A stretch of DNA of 64,000 bases from Guillardia theta CCMP2712 (Eukaryota; Protista; Cryptophyta): positions 55,445 to 119,444 of the forward strand of contig NW_005434543.1 of the NCBI RefSeq assembly GCF_000315625.1, written 5' to 3'. This document shows positions 14,437 through 27,019 of this stretch, piece after piece (the first letter of the stretch is position 1; every line of letters begins with the position of its first letter). The notes under the pieces are model-generated. The model did no database searches. It was not told the origin of the DNA and saw only the letters and a program-made list of their open reading frames with translations. The position numbers and the translations under genes are program-made.

Positions 14437-14746
14437 TTGCTGCCCCTGCCCCTGCCCCTGCTCGTACTCTGGCGGCCATGACGGTGGAGGGCAGGCCGAG
14501 GTTGCCATCTTGGAGGGTCACATTCACGCGCTGAGGTTCACAACCAACCAGAGGGTCTGCAAGTGGCTGGGAGTGAAGTCAGAGCCAGACAGGGGCAGCA
14601 GAGTGGTCACTGTTGCCCCAGCTGGACGAGAGGTGGTGGGGTTGTTCTCAGCTTGTGAGGACCGGTTCTACCAGATGGGCTTCATCACGAGGCTCAGGAT
14701 GGGGGACGTGTCATGGAGGCCGAAGAGGATGCAAGAGAAGGGATGA
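8939..14746 (+). CDS. large ankyrin-repeat protein with an EF-hand pair and a C-terminal jacalin-like domain; three predicted in-frame introns (11143-11592, 14144-14185, 14312-14494); true start may lie upstream
   Basis: Many G-x-T-[PA]-L-[HM]-x-A ankyrin motifs (GNTALHL, GTTPLMIAA, GKTPLMHAV). EF-hand loops DTDGSGSITVDE and DVDGTGEIELSE. The C-terminus FDLRENEFIIQ..IHALRFTTNQ..APAGREVVGL resembles a beta-prism lectin. Confidence 0.85.
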
Positions 14747-14790
14747 GGAGAGCGCTGCTTGTTCGAGGTGGTCACTAGCAGGAGGAGAGA

Positions 14791-14930
14791 AGGAGCGTAA
14801 GAGGACAGGAGAAAAGTAGGAGAGGAGGAGCGTAAGAGGACAAGAGAAAAGTAGGAGAGGAGGAGCGTAGGAGGACAGGAGAAAAGTAGGAGAGGAGGAG
14901 CGTAGGAAGACAGGAGAAAAGTAGGACAGG
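14791..14930. repeat. minisatellite, 35-bp unit x4
   Basis: AGGAGCGTA(A/G)GAGGACAGGAGAAAAGTAGGAGAGG repeated head-to-tail with few substitutions. Confidence 0.9.
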
Positions 14931-14997
14931 AGGCAAGTTGGAGGAGAACAGAACGAGCGTATGAGGAGCACAGCGGGCGAGTGGGAGAATTGTTGCG

Positions 14998-15079
14998 GTA
15001 AACAAGGCGTGTAGACAAGGCGTGTAGACAAGGCGTGTAGACAAGGCGTGTAGACAAGGCGTGTAGACAAGGCGTGTAG
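14998..15079. repeat. minisatellite, 13-bp unit GTAGACAAGGCGT x6
   Basis: Direct tandem copies with no spacers. Confidence 0.9.
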
Positions 15080-15299
15080 TCCGTGGGAGGCAAGACGAGG
15101 AGAAGTGAGCAAGTATGAGATTCTAACTGCAGGACGGACAAGACCAACAAGCTGATATTGCATGTCGGGATGTTTGAATCTGTAACGATGTACTTACATT
15201 GAGTTACCATATGTACAGTCTTCCTACTATCTTACACCTGCTCCCTTGACTTCATCTGTATATGCCTGCATGTAATCTGTATACCTCAGACTTCTTCTC

Positions 15300-15909
15300 T
15301 CCCCCCCCCCCTTCCTGCGTCTTTGTACCATAGTCTTGCCGCCTTCACCGCACGCGCAAGAGGCTGCTGGCCTCTAGTCCCACGGTCAGCTAGAACGAAG
15401 GCTTTCTCAGCTCTGAATCGAACCCTGCTGGCCAGTCAAACATACCGACAAACCCCAAGTTCAGACATCACCGAAGTCCCACGAGGGCCCGCGGGCCGAG
15501 GACGCGTCGCCCTGCCCAAGTCTGGCATACCCCAGCTGATTCCCAGCGCCATATGGAGTCTCGTAAGGAAGAGTGTTGCTCTGGTGAATGTCAACCCCCG
15601 ACCAGTGGCTGGCCGTTGCGTTCTGCATCGGTTGAAACACCCAGCTGGACCCGGTTGACATGCAGTCAGTCATCCACGAGAGGTGTCCTGACTGCAGAGT
15701 GTTGTGCTGCCCGAGCTGAGAAACCGAAAGCTCATCAGCTAGGGCCCAGCTGGGATTCGGTGAGGGCCTCACCCTTGCACTACTCCTCGAGACCGGATCG
15801 AGCAGGTACCGGTCGTGCTCCTGTATGTAAGGTGAGAAGAGAAAGATGACGACGGAAGTAGTAGAGCAGGAGCAGGAGCAGGAGTAGTAGAGCAGGAGCA
15901 GGAGTAGTA

Positions 15910-15984
<75 letters not shown>

Positions 15985-16471
15985 TAGGCGAAGAGGAAGG
16001 AATAGGCGAAGAGGCGAGGAGTTTGACCGAGGACAAGAGTGAGTGCTGGTCCTCCATGTCCAGCCCTCGGGGTAGCGCCACCCCTGACGCCTCGCCCGCA
16101 AAGTTTTGATGGAAAGAAGTCTCGACCGTCCTCTCTGCCCTCCTCTCCTGCTCAGCCACGTCACTCAGGAAAAGTCCAGCAGCGGTCAGAGCTGACCCCC
16201 GTGTAGAAGCCATGGTAGCTGTCCGAGTGGAGGAGCAGCTGCTGCAGGGGTTTCAAGGATGAAGAGGACGGGGAGAATTTTCTCACCTCGGCAGCAGGAG
16301 TGATGTGCTCTGCTTGATAGTCCTCCTCTATGTGCTGGTGATAACTCGTGCTTGTCAACAGCTCTTCCGGTACACCGCTTGCTCGTTCCCGTGCAGCGCG
16401 ATATGACCTGATCGCACTCGCCGATCAGTGCCGTTGACTTCATCACCATCACCATCACCATCATCATCATC

Positions 16472-16503
<32 letters not shown>

Positions 16504-17446
16504 CTCCATCATCACCATCATCATCACCATCATCATCACCATCATCATCTCCATCATCTTCTCGTCAGCACGATCATGCTCTTCAACTCACCGGTCAACA
16601 TCCCTCGGCTGCTCTCTCTTGCTCGTGTACAGCATGACTGTGCTGGTAGTGCCGCTATGGGCTCGTCCGCCTGCCTCGGCATGCTGCTCAAAGTGCAACT
16701 TTTCAATCTTGTGACATCCAGTTCCCAGCTCCCGTTCACCTTGGCTACCTTGGTGGGAGGAGGATCGAGGCACCACTTGGCCTTCTCTTCGGCAGAAAGA
16801 TTCTGACGAGAAGGTGAGAAAGAGCAGGCGGATGTGAGAAAGTGAAGATTGGAGGAGCAGCGGGTGGAGAGAGAAATGCCGAGGTAGAAGGAGAGGAGAG
16901 GGGAAGAGGAGGGCATGAGCGCAGGAGGAGGAGTAGTAGCAGGAGTAGTAGTAGCAGGAGTAGTAGTAGTAGGAGGAGGAGGAGGTGGTGGTGGTGGAGG
17001 AGGAGAAGGAGGAGGAGGAGGAGGAGGAGGAGGAGGAGGAGGAGGAGAGGGGGGGGGGAGGGAGGGAGGGAGGGAGGGGAGGGGGAGGGGAGGGGAGGGG
17101 AGGGGGAGGGGAGGGAGGGAGGGACGGGGANNNNNNNNNNNNNNNNNNNNNNNNNNNNNNNNNNNNNNNNNNNNNNNNNNNNNNNNNNNNNNNNNNNNNN
17201 NNNNNNNNNNNNNNNNNNNNNNNNNNNNNNGGAGGAGGAGGAGGAGGAGGACACTTGGAAGGAGGCACGTACATGCCATTCACGAGCTACCCTTCGCATG
17301 CACTCTTGGTGCTCTAGCTCCGGCTCCTACACATCTTATCAGCCTCTCGCCCTCTCCTCGCAGTTCCCAACCTCTCGGCGGATACGATGAACAGCATCGC
17401 GTACAAAGAAGTTGAAGGCTGCCCACATAATTATTCTACAATACAA

Positions 17447-17486
<40 letters not shown>

Positions 17487-17700
17487 CTCTTCCTCCGTCT
17501 TGCTCCTAGTCCTGGTCGCGGTCCTACAGCCCTCCGCACTCACCAGAAATCCTCCGATCGCTCATTTTTCTTTTCAGTCCCGCCAACTCGATCTGAAAGC
17601 TTTGGATTAGAGCACAGGCAGGGCAGGCAGGGGGGAAGACAAGGAGATGAAGGTAAGTGCCAAAGGAAAGAAAGTTCAGAGGTGAACTTGTGAGTCGAGT
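15300..17700 (-). CDS. hypothetical multi-exon protein (spans an assembly gap; boundaries approximate)
   Basis: Complex-sequence segments (e.g. NLSAEEKAKWCLDPPPTKVAKVNGSWELDVTRL) alternate with microsatellite-filled introns. No family recognised. Confidence 0.35.
17131..17230. other. assembly gap (100 N)
   Basis: Run of N. Confidence 1.
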
Positions 17701-18143
17701 ATATACATGTGTATGAGTCGAGTGTGTATGCGTGCATGCGTGTTTGTGTATATGTATTTGTGTATTTATGTATGTATACATGTACGTATGTGTGCACATG
17801 TATGTATGTATGATTTACATGTGTATGGATGGTTTATGTACATGTATGCATGTAGGTAGGAAGGTAGCCATAAGATAGCGAGAGAGAAAGAGGAAGGGGG
17901 TAAGAAGAAGCGGGTTGGAAACGAGAGAGCGGAAGGGAGGAGAGCAGTGGAGGAGCTCAGTAGTATAGTGCGATAGTAGGACGGGAGGGTTGTCGTGACC
18001 TGCGGTTCGCTGCCTAGACGCGTTTGAGATCTGAATCCTGTGAGAGCGTCAGAGAGAGGAGGAGGAAGAGATCAAGCTCGTGCCTGCATCGTCAATCTCC
18101 TGCTGCTCCAGCTGAATCACCCTGATGACGTCATCAGCAAGAC

Positions 18144-18216
<73 letters not shown>

Positions 18217-18735
18217 ACCCTGCCTCTCACTAGTCCTCGTCCACCTTCCTTTCTTCTTAACCCCCTGCTCCAACTCCCGCACCCTTTTCCCACTCCGAAT
18301 GTTGCTACCTGTTCTTCTGTTCTTCGGCCAAGTTTGCCCAGAGCATTTCTATCTTCTTCATTCTCTCCATCTGTAGCATCAAGATCAGTACGACCGTGAG
18401 GGAACAGAAGGGACTGTCTGCCTGTGAAGTTTGCGGCTCCTGATTATTGAGCCGAGCTGTCATGATCCTGACGAACTTCTCATACCTGTCCAGAAGCAGC
18501 AACCATTCAGAAGCTTCCCGTGCCTCCTCCTCCTCCTCTGCCCCTTTCCCCCATTCTTTTCGTTCACTTTCCTCCATCCCTCTCCCATTCTCTCTTTCCT
18601 CCCAGCCCTCTTCTCCTCTCCAGACCTGCTGTCTCCCCCGCCATCGACCGGTTCCTTGGATGTGCGCTTGTTGGAACCACTGACACCGGCATGGTAGAAG
18701 CTTCTTCCCACTCTTCGTCCTCATCCTCGTCCTCA

Positions 18736-18779
<44 letters not shown>

Positions 18780-19212
18780 TGTCTTCCCCTGGTACATCAA
18801 ATTCGCCTTCTGCCCAACGAGTCTCCCGTACGCCATCTGCAGCCCGACATTGCTCAGTCTCAGCCTTCAACTTCTCAACATCTACAGCACCTGCTCCATC
18901 CCCAACGTCCGCCCCCCCGCCGCATCCTGTCGACGTCAACGATCAGGCTTGACCACCAGGACAGTCTACGAGGAGACGAACTTTGACAGATGCGCGAGGA
19001 AGCTCGACCTGCCCTCGTCTCGATCCCACCATCCCCTGCAAGCTACAACACCAACACCTCCGTTACTTGCAACGAAATCTGCCGCTTCTTAGCTACCTGC
19101 CATGCCCCGGGTTCATCGCGTCCCCCGTCAGCTGCCCCAAGGACATGGATGTTCTCGTCCTCGTGGCATCGGGAGGGAGAGGAGAGACTTCATGGTCGAC
19201 TCGAGGAGCGGT

Positions 19213-19312
19213 NNNNNNNNNNNNNNNNNNNNNNNNNNNNNNNNNNNNNNNNNNNNNNNNNNNNNNNNNNNNNNNNNNNNNNNNNNNNNNNNNNNNNNNN
19301 NNNNNNNNNNNN
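19213..19312. other. assembly gap (100 N)
   Basis: Run of N. Confidence 1.
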
Positions 19313-19379
19313 GAGAGACTAACGTTAACTCTAAGGCGAGCAACCGCGTCTCTCACGAAGAAGTTGAAAGCTTGAAAGT

Positions 19380-20026
19380 CATGTAGTCAGAAGCTAGCGT
19401 GTTGTCAAGTCCTGCGACAAACCTGATATCCTTCGGTCGTTCACCCCTCTCTTGAGGCCGTTGAGAACAACCTGCCACGATCATCATGCGTCTCCCTCAT
19501 GGGGGAGGCAAGCAAGGGACCTTGGGTCCTCCCGTCTTTCCTGACTTCTTCTGCTGAATCTCATCTTCCTCGACCTGAGCTTTGATAATCTGCTCTCAAG
19601 TTTAACCCCCCTCCCTCCCTCCCTCCCGTGTAGCTGCTGACCATCTCTCGTTCGCTCAACGGCATCGTTCTCCACATCTCTCCGATCTGCTTCATGCGCT
19701 CGGTCTGGTTCAGCTTCGGGTCTTTCTCCTTGAGCTTCGATGTCATGGCCTTGACAAACACCTGGTACCTGAAACCCCTGGAGCGTCAGGCACCTTCAGG
19801 CAGGCACACGGGGCTGTGCTGGCTGACCTGCTTCTTTCTTGGCCCGCGGGTCTTGTCTCATGTATGATGACAGGAGCAGCAGCTGAGAGAGGGGAGTAAG
19901 AACGCGAGCATGCTCAACGGGGCAACGACCTGGTGCCACTGAAGGCACGTGGGATCCTGTCCCGGACTGAAACGGGACGCGGGACCCCATTCCAGCAGTC
20001 TTCTTTGACGCGTTATCGGACATCAT
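19380..20026 (-). CDS. small HMG-box (YABBY-C-like) DNA-binding protein, multi-exon; 3' end uncertain
   Basis: One exon reads YQVFVKAMTSKLKEKDPKLNQTERMKQIGEMWRTMPLSERE, matching the HMG-box pattern Y-x-x-F...P......K-x-I-G-x-x-W-x-x-[LM]. Confidence 0.7.
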
Positions 20027-20489
20027 GCCACGTCATTGGGTCTTTTCATGTCATGGTGGCGGCAAGGCCGTGTCTCGTCAATCGGCAAGGGAGCGAGACG
20101 CAGGCGTTGTTATGGGCATCGCGCCGATCTAGCAATCTGATAGTGGAAACGAAGTCAGAAGAGCGATATCGCATCACATTTCATAGCAACATCGTCATGA
20201 ACTTGTTGCTAGACTGACTCAAAGCTGTCAGAGTCGTGATTCCCTATCAACACTCACGATCCCAGCCCGCATGCGCGCACACTACGTCTGGCACATGCTG
20301 ACAGTTAAAACTCTTCTCTCCTCTTCTCAACAGAAAGTTCGACATCGCTATCACTTCCTACTAATCCACACTGCACTGCAGTGACGACAAGATCCGCTCG
20401 CCTGACCATCGCCGCTCGCCTCCATTCATCCCCTTCTGCTCCCCGTCGCATCTCGGCTCCATCCTCCCATTTCGTGCCCCCTTCTTTTT

Positions 20490-21660
20490 TACCCCCGCCA
20501 TCGCTCACCCCACCCCCTTTCCACATTCCCGAAACTACCCCACCCTAATGCTCTAGTCACCATACTAGGATTCTTGTACCCCTGGAAGTTTTGACCCCAC
20601 CCTCCAATTTCTCACTCTATACCCCTATTTCACAACTTTACACACAAACCTACCCCCATTTGTTCATCACCCACCCCAATATATATCCAAACTATTCTGT
20701 CGACCCCTGTCCACTAAACCTTCATTATACCCCACCCCCTCTCAGAGAATCCATCTTAACCCCCACCCCCCATCTTCTCTCATTATTCCCTCGGTTCTTC
20801 CTCTCCTTCACTCCCTCCTCACTCCGTACCTACCCCTTTAACAACCCACCCCACCTCCATGTACCTTAGCGGAGACCCAGGAGCTCTTATACCCTACCCT
20901 TTGGTGCCTTACCGTACCCTGAGTCAACCCGCTTTTATTACCCCTACCCGTGTGCCCTTGGCTGTTAAGCCCCAGGACCCCCACCGAACCACTTGAGTAC
21001 CCCTACCAACACAGAACTAAATTATTGTTAATTATAATATTAGTTATAGTAATCCCCGTGACGTAGTTTTCAAGGATCTTTCCCCATTACCACCTCCTGT
21101 TTTGACCTGACGCAGGTGTAGATAGTAGGGGTGGGTCCCAGGACGGGGTTTTTTTGGGGGTCATTTTAAACCTTTGGAGCTGACCACCCCTGCGGCAACA
21201 ACCCCATGATCGAGGATACAAGGGGTAAAAAGGGGGTGAGAGGACGTGCACCCCACCCCACCACCTCGCCGGACTCTTGATATGCCAGGGGTTCTGTAAT
21301 GCTAAATTTGGGGGGTGGGCAAGGAGTCAAAAAGGGGTGGCGTCAGCTGACTACCCACTGAATTAAAGCTAGGGCACCGCTGGCAAAACTACCCTACCCC
21401 TCCTTCCCAGAATGCTTGCTCCTTCAACCACCCCCACCTTGCAAGATATGTGCACTTGCAAAAATGCTGACCCGAACGGTGTGACAACAACCCCACCCCA
21501 CCCCCCAAAATGATATATTACAAGGGGTACTCACAGGGTTGCGAGGCGTCTTTTAACCCCTGTAGAAAGCACCCTCACCCCCAACTTTCCCACGCTCTAC
21601 CCCCTCACTTCCCCTTGGCATCTTCCGCTCTCGGAGTCATTCACCTCCCACACAGCACCC
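20490..21660. repeat. C-run-rich non-coding tract (ACCCC/CCCTACCC words), copy 1
   Basis: Repeated CCCTACCC, CCCCACCC and ACCCC words with no credible ORF. A similar tract lies at 61040-61960. Confidence 0.5.
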
Positions 21661-21829
21661 AACGAATGCAGGAAGAGGACCCGGTAGTAGAAATACGAAT
21701 TCTAAACGAAACCACTTGTTTTCATGTCAAGAGTCTTCAATATCACAACGTTTGGGGCACTTCTGTCAGCATGGCTGTCATGGATGAAAGTTGCAATCAC
21801 TGCAACTCCTTGAGATTCATCGTGTAAGC

Positions 21830-22340
21830 CACCGGCTACTGGCCGGCTATGGCAGCGGCACCGCCGCTTCTCTCTAAGAGTAATAAACCTTTACTCAAAG
21901 TTAAGAATAAACAAGCGGATCATCCGATCATGGCATCAGTGCCACCGGCGTGCTCCGCCGGGCGGGCCCACTGGCTGGCAACCAAGGGGGCGGGCCCAGC
22001 GGCGGCCCCGGCCGCCGCCCTGCAGCGCCTTTACTCAAAGTGCCAGGCACGCGGTCCGGTCACTGCCGCGTCACCCGTGCCACCGGGATGATGATCGGAT
22101 CGGCCCGCCGCCGGGGCGGCCGCCGGGTGTGGCATTCCGAAGTTCACTGAGCCTGGCCCATCAGTAACTTAATGATTCGGAGACACTCGGCATTCTAGGT
22201 TGAATGCCGGATACCGTACGGCCGGAGCCCGGCCTCCTTTGAGTTGAAAGAAGCACTGTGACTCCGACTCCGACTGGCCCGGCCGGCCCCCGCCCGGACC
22301 CCCGGGGGCGCGGCCCGCGGCAGTGCGAAGCCTGGATAGT
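21830..22340. repeat. GC-rich intergenic module (copy 2) with partial motif TTACTCAAAGTTAAG
   Basis: Motif at 21891-21905 and TTACTCAAAG at 22031-22040. Same word composition as 7790-8530. Confidence 0.55.
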
Positions 22341-22838
22341 GTGGTCAAACTTCGTGATACGTGACTGGTCAAATCAGCGGCCGCAATGGAAGTGCGGGAT
22401 GGGTCTAGAGGAGACCCGGGCGGGGGGAAAGAGAGGGAGAGGGAGAGGTGAGGGGAAGGGAGAGAGGGAGAGAGGGAGATTACTGTGTAAGGGGAACTTG
22501 TGCCCGAGAGACAGACTGAGGCCAGGAGGGAGGAGATCTCAGCTGACAGGGGGCGAGGTAGAGGGACAGATTCCTCTATCCTCGACCATCTGATCCGTAA
22601 CCAACTGCTCCTGTTGCTCCTCCTGCTCCAGCCTCCTCGTCCTTCTGCTTCTTGTCTTGTCGTCAAGGAATCGTTTGTCAGCATGGGGGGCATAGTGATC
22701 CTGAGATGGATTCTTCAAGCTCGATGCCTGACAAAGAAAGAAATGAGCGGTCTATTCGACCGGGACAGTTAATCTTATTGAGCAACAAACTTGTCTCCTT
22801 CAGACGTCTTCGACATCCTGACGTCAAGCTGAACGCAG

Positions 22839-24073
22839 ATGGAGACTGTTGAGCGAATGGTAGCACATGTATCTGCTGCTGATGCCAAGGAGGTCAAAGA
22901 TGAGCTGAGGTAAGATATATCTTTGGGTCGACAAGCATGCAGCTTGCGCGTTTGTGTGTTCTTTCTCGTGAGTTTGACGTTCCTTCACCTTAGGAGCAGA
23001 GGATGGCTTGACAGGAACGTCAAGGTTGTGCTGATGAGCATCAGCGACATTGACAAGGGCGTGGTCATAGATGTGTCTTCACCTCAAAGAGTCGATCCTC
23101 GGGATGCTCATTGCGTTTTCCCCCTCACTGATAAGTTCTCGTCAGAAAGGTCCCACCAGGAAACCAACGGCGTGAGGCAATTTGAAGTCGCTGGACAACA
23201 AGTCACAGTGAGGAAAGTCCTGTACAGAAGCATCCAAGAGCAAGGGAGGAAGGAGAAGAAGAAAGAAGACATCGCTAAGAAGGAGCCAAGACAGGCGTCT
23301 CGGACAAGCTCAACAAACAACGGCTGGGGTTACAACAAGTTCCACGGGAGCTGGAGGACAGTGAACAAGTCAGGAGAGCAGGAAACAGGAGTCATCCCGA
23401 GTGTATCGGGAGAGGACCACGTTGCGATCAAGGTAAGGGAGGCGAAGTCGTAGTCGACTCTCCTCAAGGTCTGAGCAGGAGGCTCTTGCTGAAGGAGAAC
23501 CCTTCATCATCCGTGGACTGAGCATGGGGGCATGTGTCGGCCGATGGACCGCCGAGTATCTTCACGAGAGGACCACGGACAAGGTCCTCGCAGCAGGCGT
23601 CCACGTCTGCCCTTACAGGACCGTCGACCTGGCCGGGCATCGCCTGCCCAACAGCAAGAAGAACTTTCACTTCTGCGAGATGACCTTTGTCGACTTCATT
23701 CGCCGCTGCAACCCGGACAAGTTTCAGCACCTCCAGCCCCTTCCTCCCGTCGTCGAGGAGGGGGAGAGGCTCTACCTCCGCAGCGTCGCTGCTGGGCAGG
23801 ATGCTGCCAAACGCGCCTCTCACATCCACGAGACTTTCCCGGAGCTCGCAGAGGACCTGACGCTCCCTGCGGGGATAGTCTATCCTCCTGCCAGGTACCA
23901 CAGCTCCGTCCTCCGTGTTGCTTCGGGGATACTGAACTTTGGACGCACTACGATGTCATGGACAACATCCTCATGCAAGTGAGCTCTTGCTGACAGCACT
24001 CCCCCTACCACCCAGCTCGTGCTCGTGCTCCTGCTTCCTGCGCCTGCTCGGTCCACATCCTCAACCCAGATCT

Positions 24074-24137
<64 letters not shown>

Positions 24138-25130
24138 GCTCCTGCTCCTTCACCTCCACCTCCAGCTCCAGCTCCTCCTGCTTCTACTTCTCCCCCTGCT
24201 CCTCCGTCTCATCTGGCTGCTATCCGCAGGTGACTGGATCGAAAGTCGTCACGTTGTGGCCGCCAGTAGAGGATCAAAACTTGTACACTCAAGGGTCGTC
24301 GTCGAGGGTCGAGAGCATCTCCAACCCTGACCTCGCTCTTCATCCTCGCTTCTTTGAGACATGGCAGAGTCGGCTCGAGGGAGAGCTGAAGCCGGGAGAT
24401 GCAGTCTACATACCCCCACTCTGGTTCCATCATGTTCGGATGCCCTCCTTCAGCGTTGCCGTCAATGTCTTCTGGTGAGTGTCTCCCAGCTCCTCCCCTG
24501 CTCTGAACCCTGCTCCCTCCCTCCTGCACTTCCTTCGCTCCTTCCCACCGTCTCCTCGTCTCTGCTTCTCCCTCTTTCCTCCTCCTCTTTCCTCCACTTC
24601 GTTCCTCTTTCCGCGCTCCATATGTGCTCCCTCACTTGACTGTTCTTGTCTTTGTTCTACCAGGTGCGGGTCTAGCCCAGACCTCTACAACCCCAAGGAC
24701 TTGTACGGGAACAAAGATTTGCCTGTCCTTGACCAAGTGAGAGGAGGAGGAAGAGGAGGAAGAGGAGGAGCAGGAAGAAGGGGTGGAGGAAGAGGAGAAG
24801 CAGGAAGAAGGGGTGGAGGAAGAGGAGACGCAGGAAGAAGGGGTGGAGGAAGAGGAGAAGCAGGAAGAAGGGGTGGAGGAAGAGGAGACGCAGGAAGAAG
24901 GGGTGGAGGAAGAGGAATTCGAGGTGTGGATGGCAGAGGAGGAGGAGGAGGAGGAGGAGGAGGAGGAGGCGGGAATTTTGTTTTCCCCGCAAGCTGAGCC
25001 CAGACAGGCGCTGGCACTTGCGGCTCGAGCTGGAGCATCGCTCTCCAAGATCCCTCAACCCTTTCGCAGGTTCTTGTTGAGCTCCTTTGATGCACATGAT
25101 GATGGTAGAGAAGGGTGATGGTGATGCTGC

Positions 25131-25171
<41 letters not shown>

Positions 25172-25176
25172 ATGGA

Positions 25177-25213
<37 letters not shown>

Positions 25214-26586
25214 ATGATGATGATGATGATGATGATGGCAATCATGATTTCTCATTGTGACTCGCGTGCTTGCTTATCTCATATCCTTGACAACAACGTG
25301 AACCTGCAGCTTCTACGCTCGACGAGCGGCGCACGCACTCTTGAGGGCAGCTGAACAAGCCGACAGTCGAGCAGAGGACTCGTCCTTGCCAGAGGACGCG
25401 GGAGAGGGAGGCCTGCTGGAGGAGGACGTGGCGGGTGCGCTCACAGGCAAGGTCTGCATCGTGACAGGAGCAGGAGGAGGGATAGGATGGGAACTTTGCC
25501 TGCTCCTCGCGCGCAGGTCGAGCATCTCGTTCCCTGTCCTCTTCTCCTCATTCTGCCTAGGGGAGCGACGGTTGTCATGGCCTGCAGGAGACACAGCGCG
25601 TCTGTACATGACGAGCCCAGCTTGACCCGAGCTGGGAGAGCAGCTGGACGAATCCGAGGACTCACTCGAAATCATCGGGTGGGATGACGACAAGCTTCTC
25701 TGTTACTGACAGCTGGGAAGGTGTTTGTGGAAGAGCTGGACCTGGAGCGACCTGATTCCATCAAAGACTTCGCCAAGAGGATCTGGAGTCGCTTCGGGTC
25801 TCCCCAGCTGGGACCCAGCTGCCGCTGACCCGAGGTTGCCAGGAAGATCCATCTCCTTGTCAACAACGCTGCCTGCGCGCCTGCGGTGCGGCAGGAGACG
25901 GAGGAAGGGATGGAAGCGCAGGTAGGAGGACAAGCTCGGGCCTGACTACCCTGATCGCCCTCCAGTTTGCTGTCAATGTGCTGGCTTGCCATCGGCTGAT
26001 CAAACTCTTCCTCCCCCAGCTCGGTATCCAGCAGGTTGCCACCTTTACCGCCTCTCACAAACCTCCTCAGAATCAGACGACAAACCCTGTCACATCCTGA
26101 ACGTCGCGTCCAAGTATGCTGGCAGGCTACAGGTCGGCGGATAGCTGGACGTTTAAAGTTGAAAATGGTGACGCCTTTCTCAGCACGAGGACCTTCAGTT
26201 CTCTTCGCGGCCCTACAGCTCGCATGCTGCTTACATGCAGGTGGAGTCGAGCTGGACTTGATGCGTCAAGACTTTGACACCTCGCAGTCCAAACAAGCTC
26301 TCCGGATGCTGACATGGGGGTGGGCAGACAAGCTGAGAAGTGATGGGGGGACGTGACGAGGCTGAGCTGAGCTGATGGCAGGCACTTGCGTGAAGGTGAA
26401 CGCTTGTCACCCTGGGGTTGTGGCGGGGACGAAAGTCGCGACGTCGCTGGGGCTACGGCAGGGAAGTCAAACCGCCAAGGTGACGAGAGAAGGAGCGAGA
26501 GAGAAGGGATGAAGTCATGTCACGCTGCAGGAAGCTGCCGAGAGTGTAGTCAACATCATTACAAACGAGGTAAGAAAAGCGAAAGA

Positions 26587-26652
<66 letters not shown>

Positions 26653-26737
26653 TGATAATGATGATGATGCTGATGATGATGATAGTGATGATGGAGATGA
26701 TGGAGATGATGGAGATGATGATGATGGAGATGATGGA

Positions 26738-26774
<37 letters not shown>

Positions 26775-26945
26775 ATGGAGATGATGATGGAGATGATGAC
26801 GAAGATGATGATGATGATGGCCAATGTGCAGGAATTCCAAGAGCTTTCTGGCAAGTTCTTCGCGGACGGTTTGCAGGAAGAGTGTCAATGGAGAGAGGAT
26901 CCGCAATGCCAGGAGCTAATGAGAGCGTTGGACGAGTACAACTGA
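22839..26945 (+). CDS. TYW5: TYW5-like JmjC tRNA-wybutosine hydroxylase fused to a C-terminal short-chain dehydrogenase/reductase domain; multi-exon; apparent frameshift at 23925-23928
   Basis: LWTHYDVMDNILMQV, VTGSKVVTLWPP, PGDAVYIPPLWFHHV, AVNVFW, DLYGNKD and FYARR follow the TYW5 motif order. The same exon continues to GKVCIVTGAGGGIG, and later exons give LLVNNA, FAVNV, ILNVAS and VNACHPG (SDR). Confidence 0.8.
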
Positions 26946-27019
26946 CAACAAACATCATCGATTCCTCATGTGAACCTTTGGTCTTTACACTCATTTACAT
27001 ATTCACATCTTTCGCATTC

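Noticed and set aside
12527-14527. Long antisense and alternate-frame ORFs over the ankyrin gene
   Set aside because: Expected shadows of GC3-rich coding sequence, with no motifs.
14791-15079. Short direct repeats resembling a CRISPR array (also 59624-59692)
   Set aside because: The units are head-to-tail with no unique spacers, there are no cas genes, and the context is eukaryotic.
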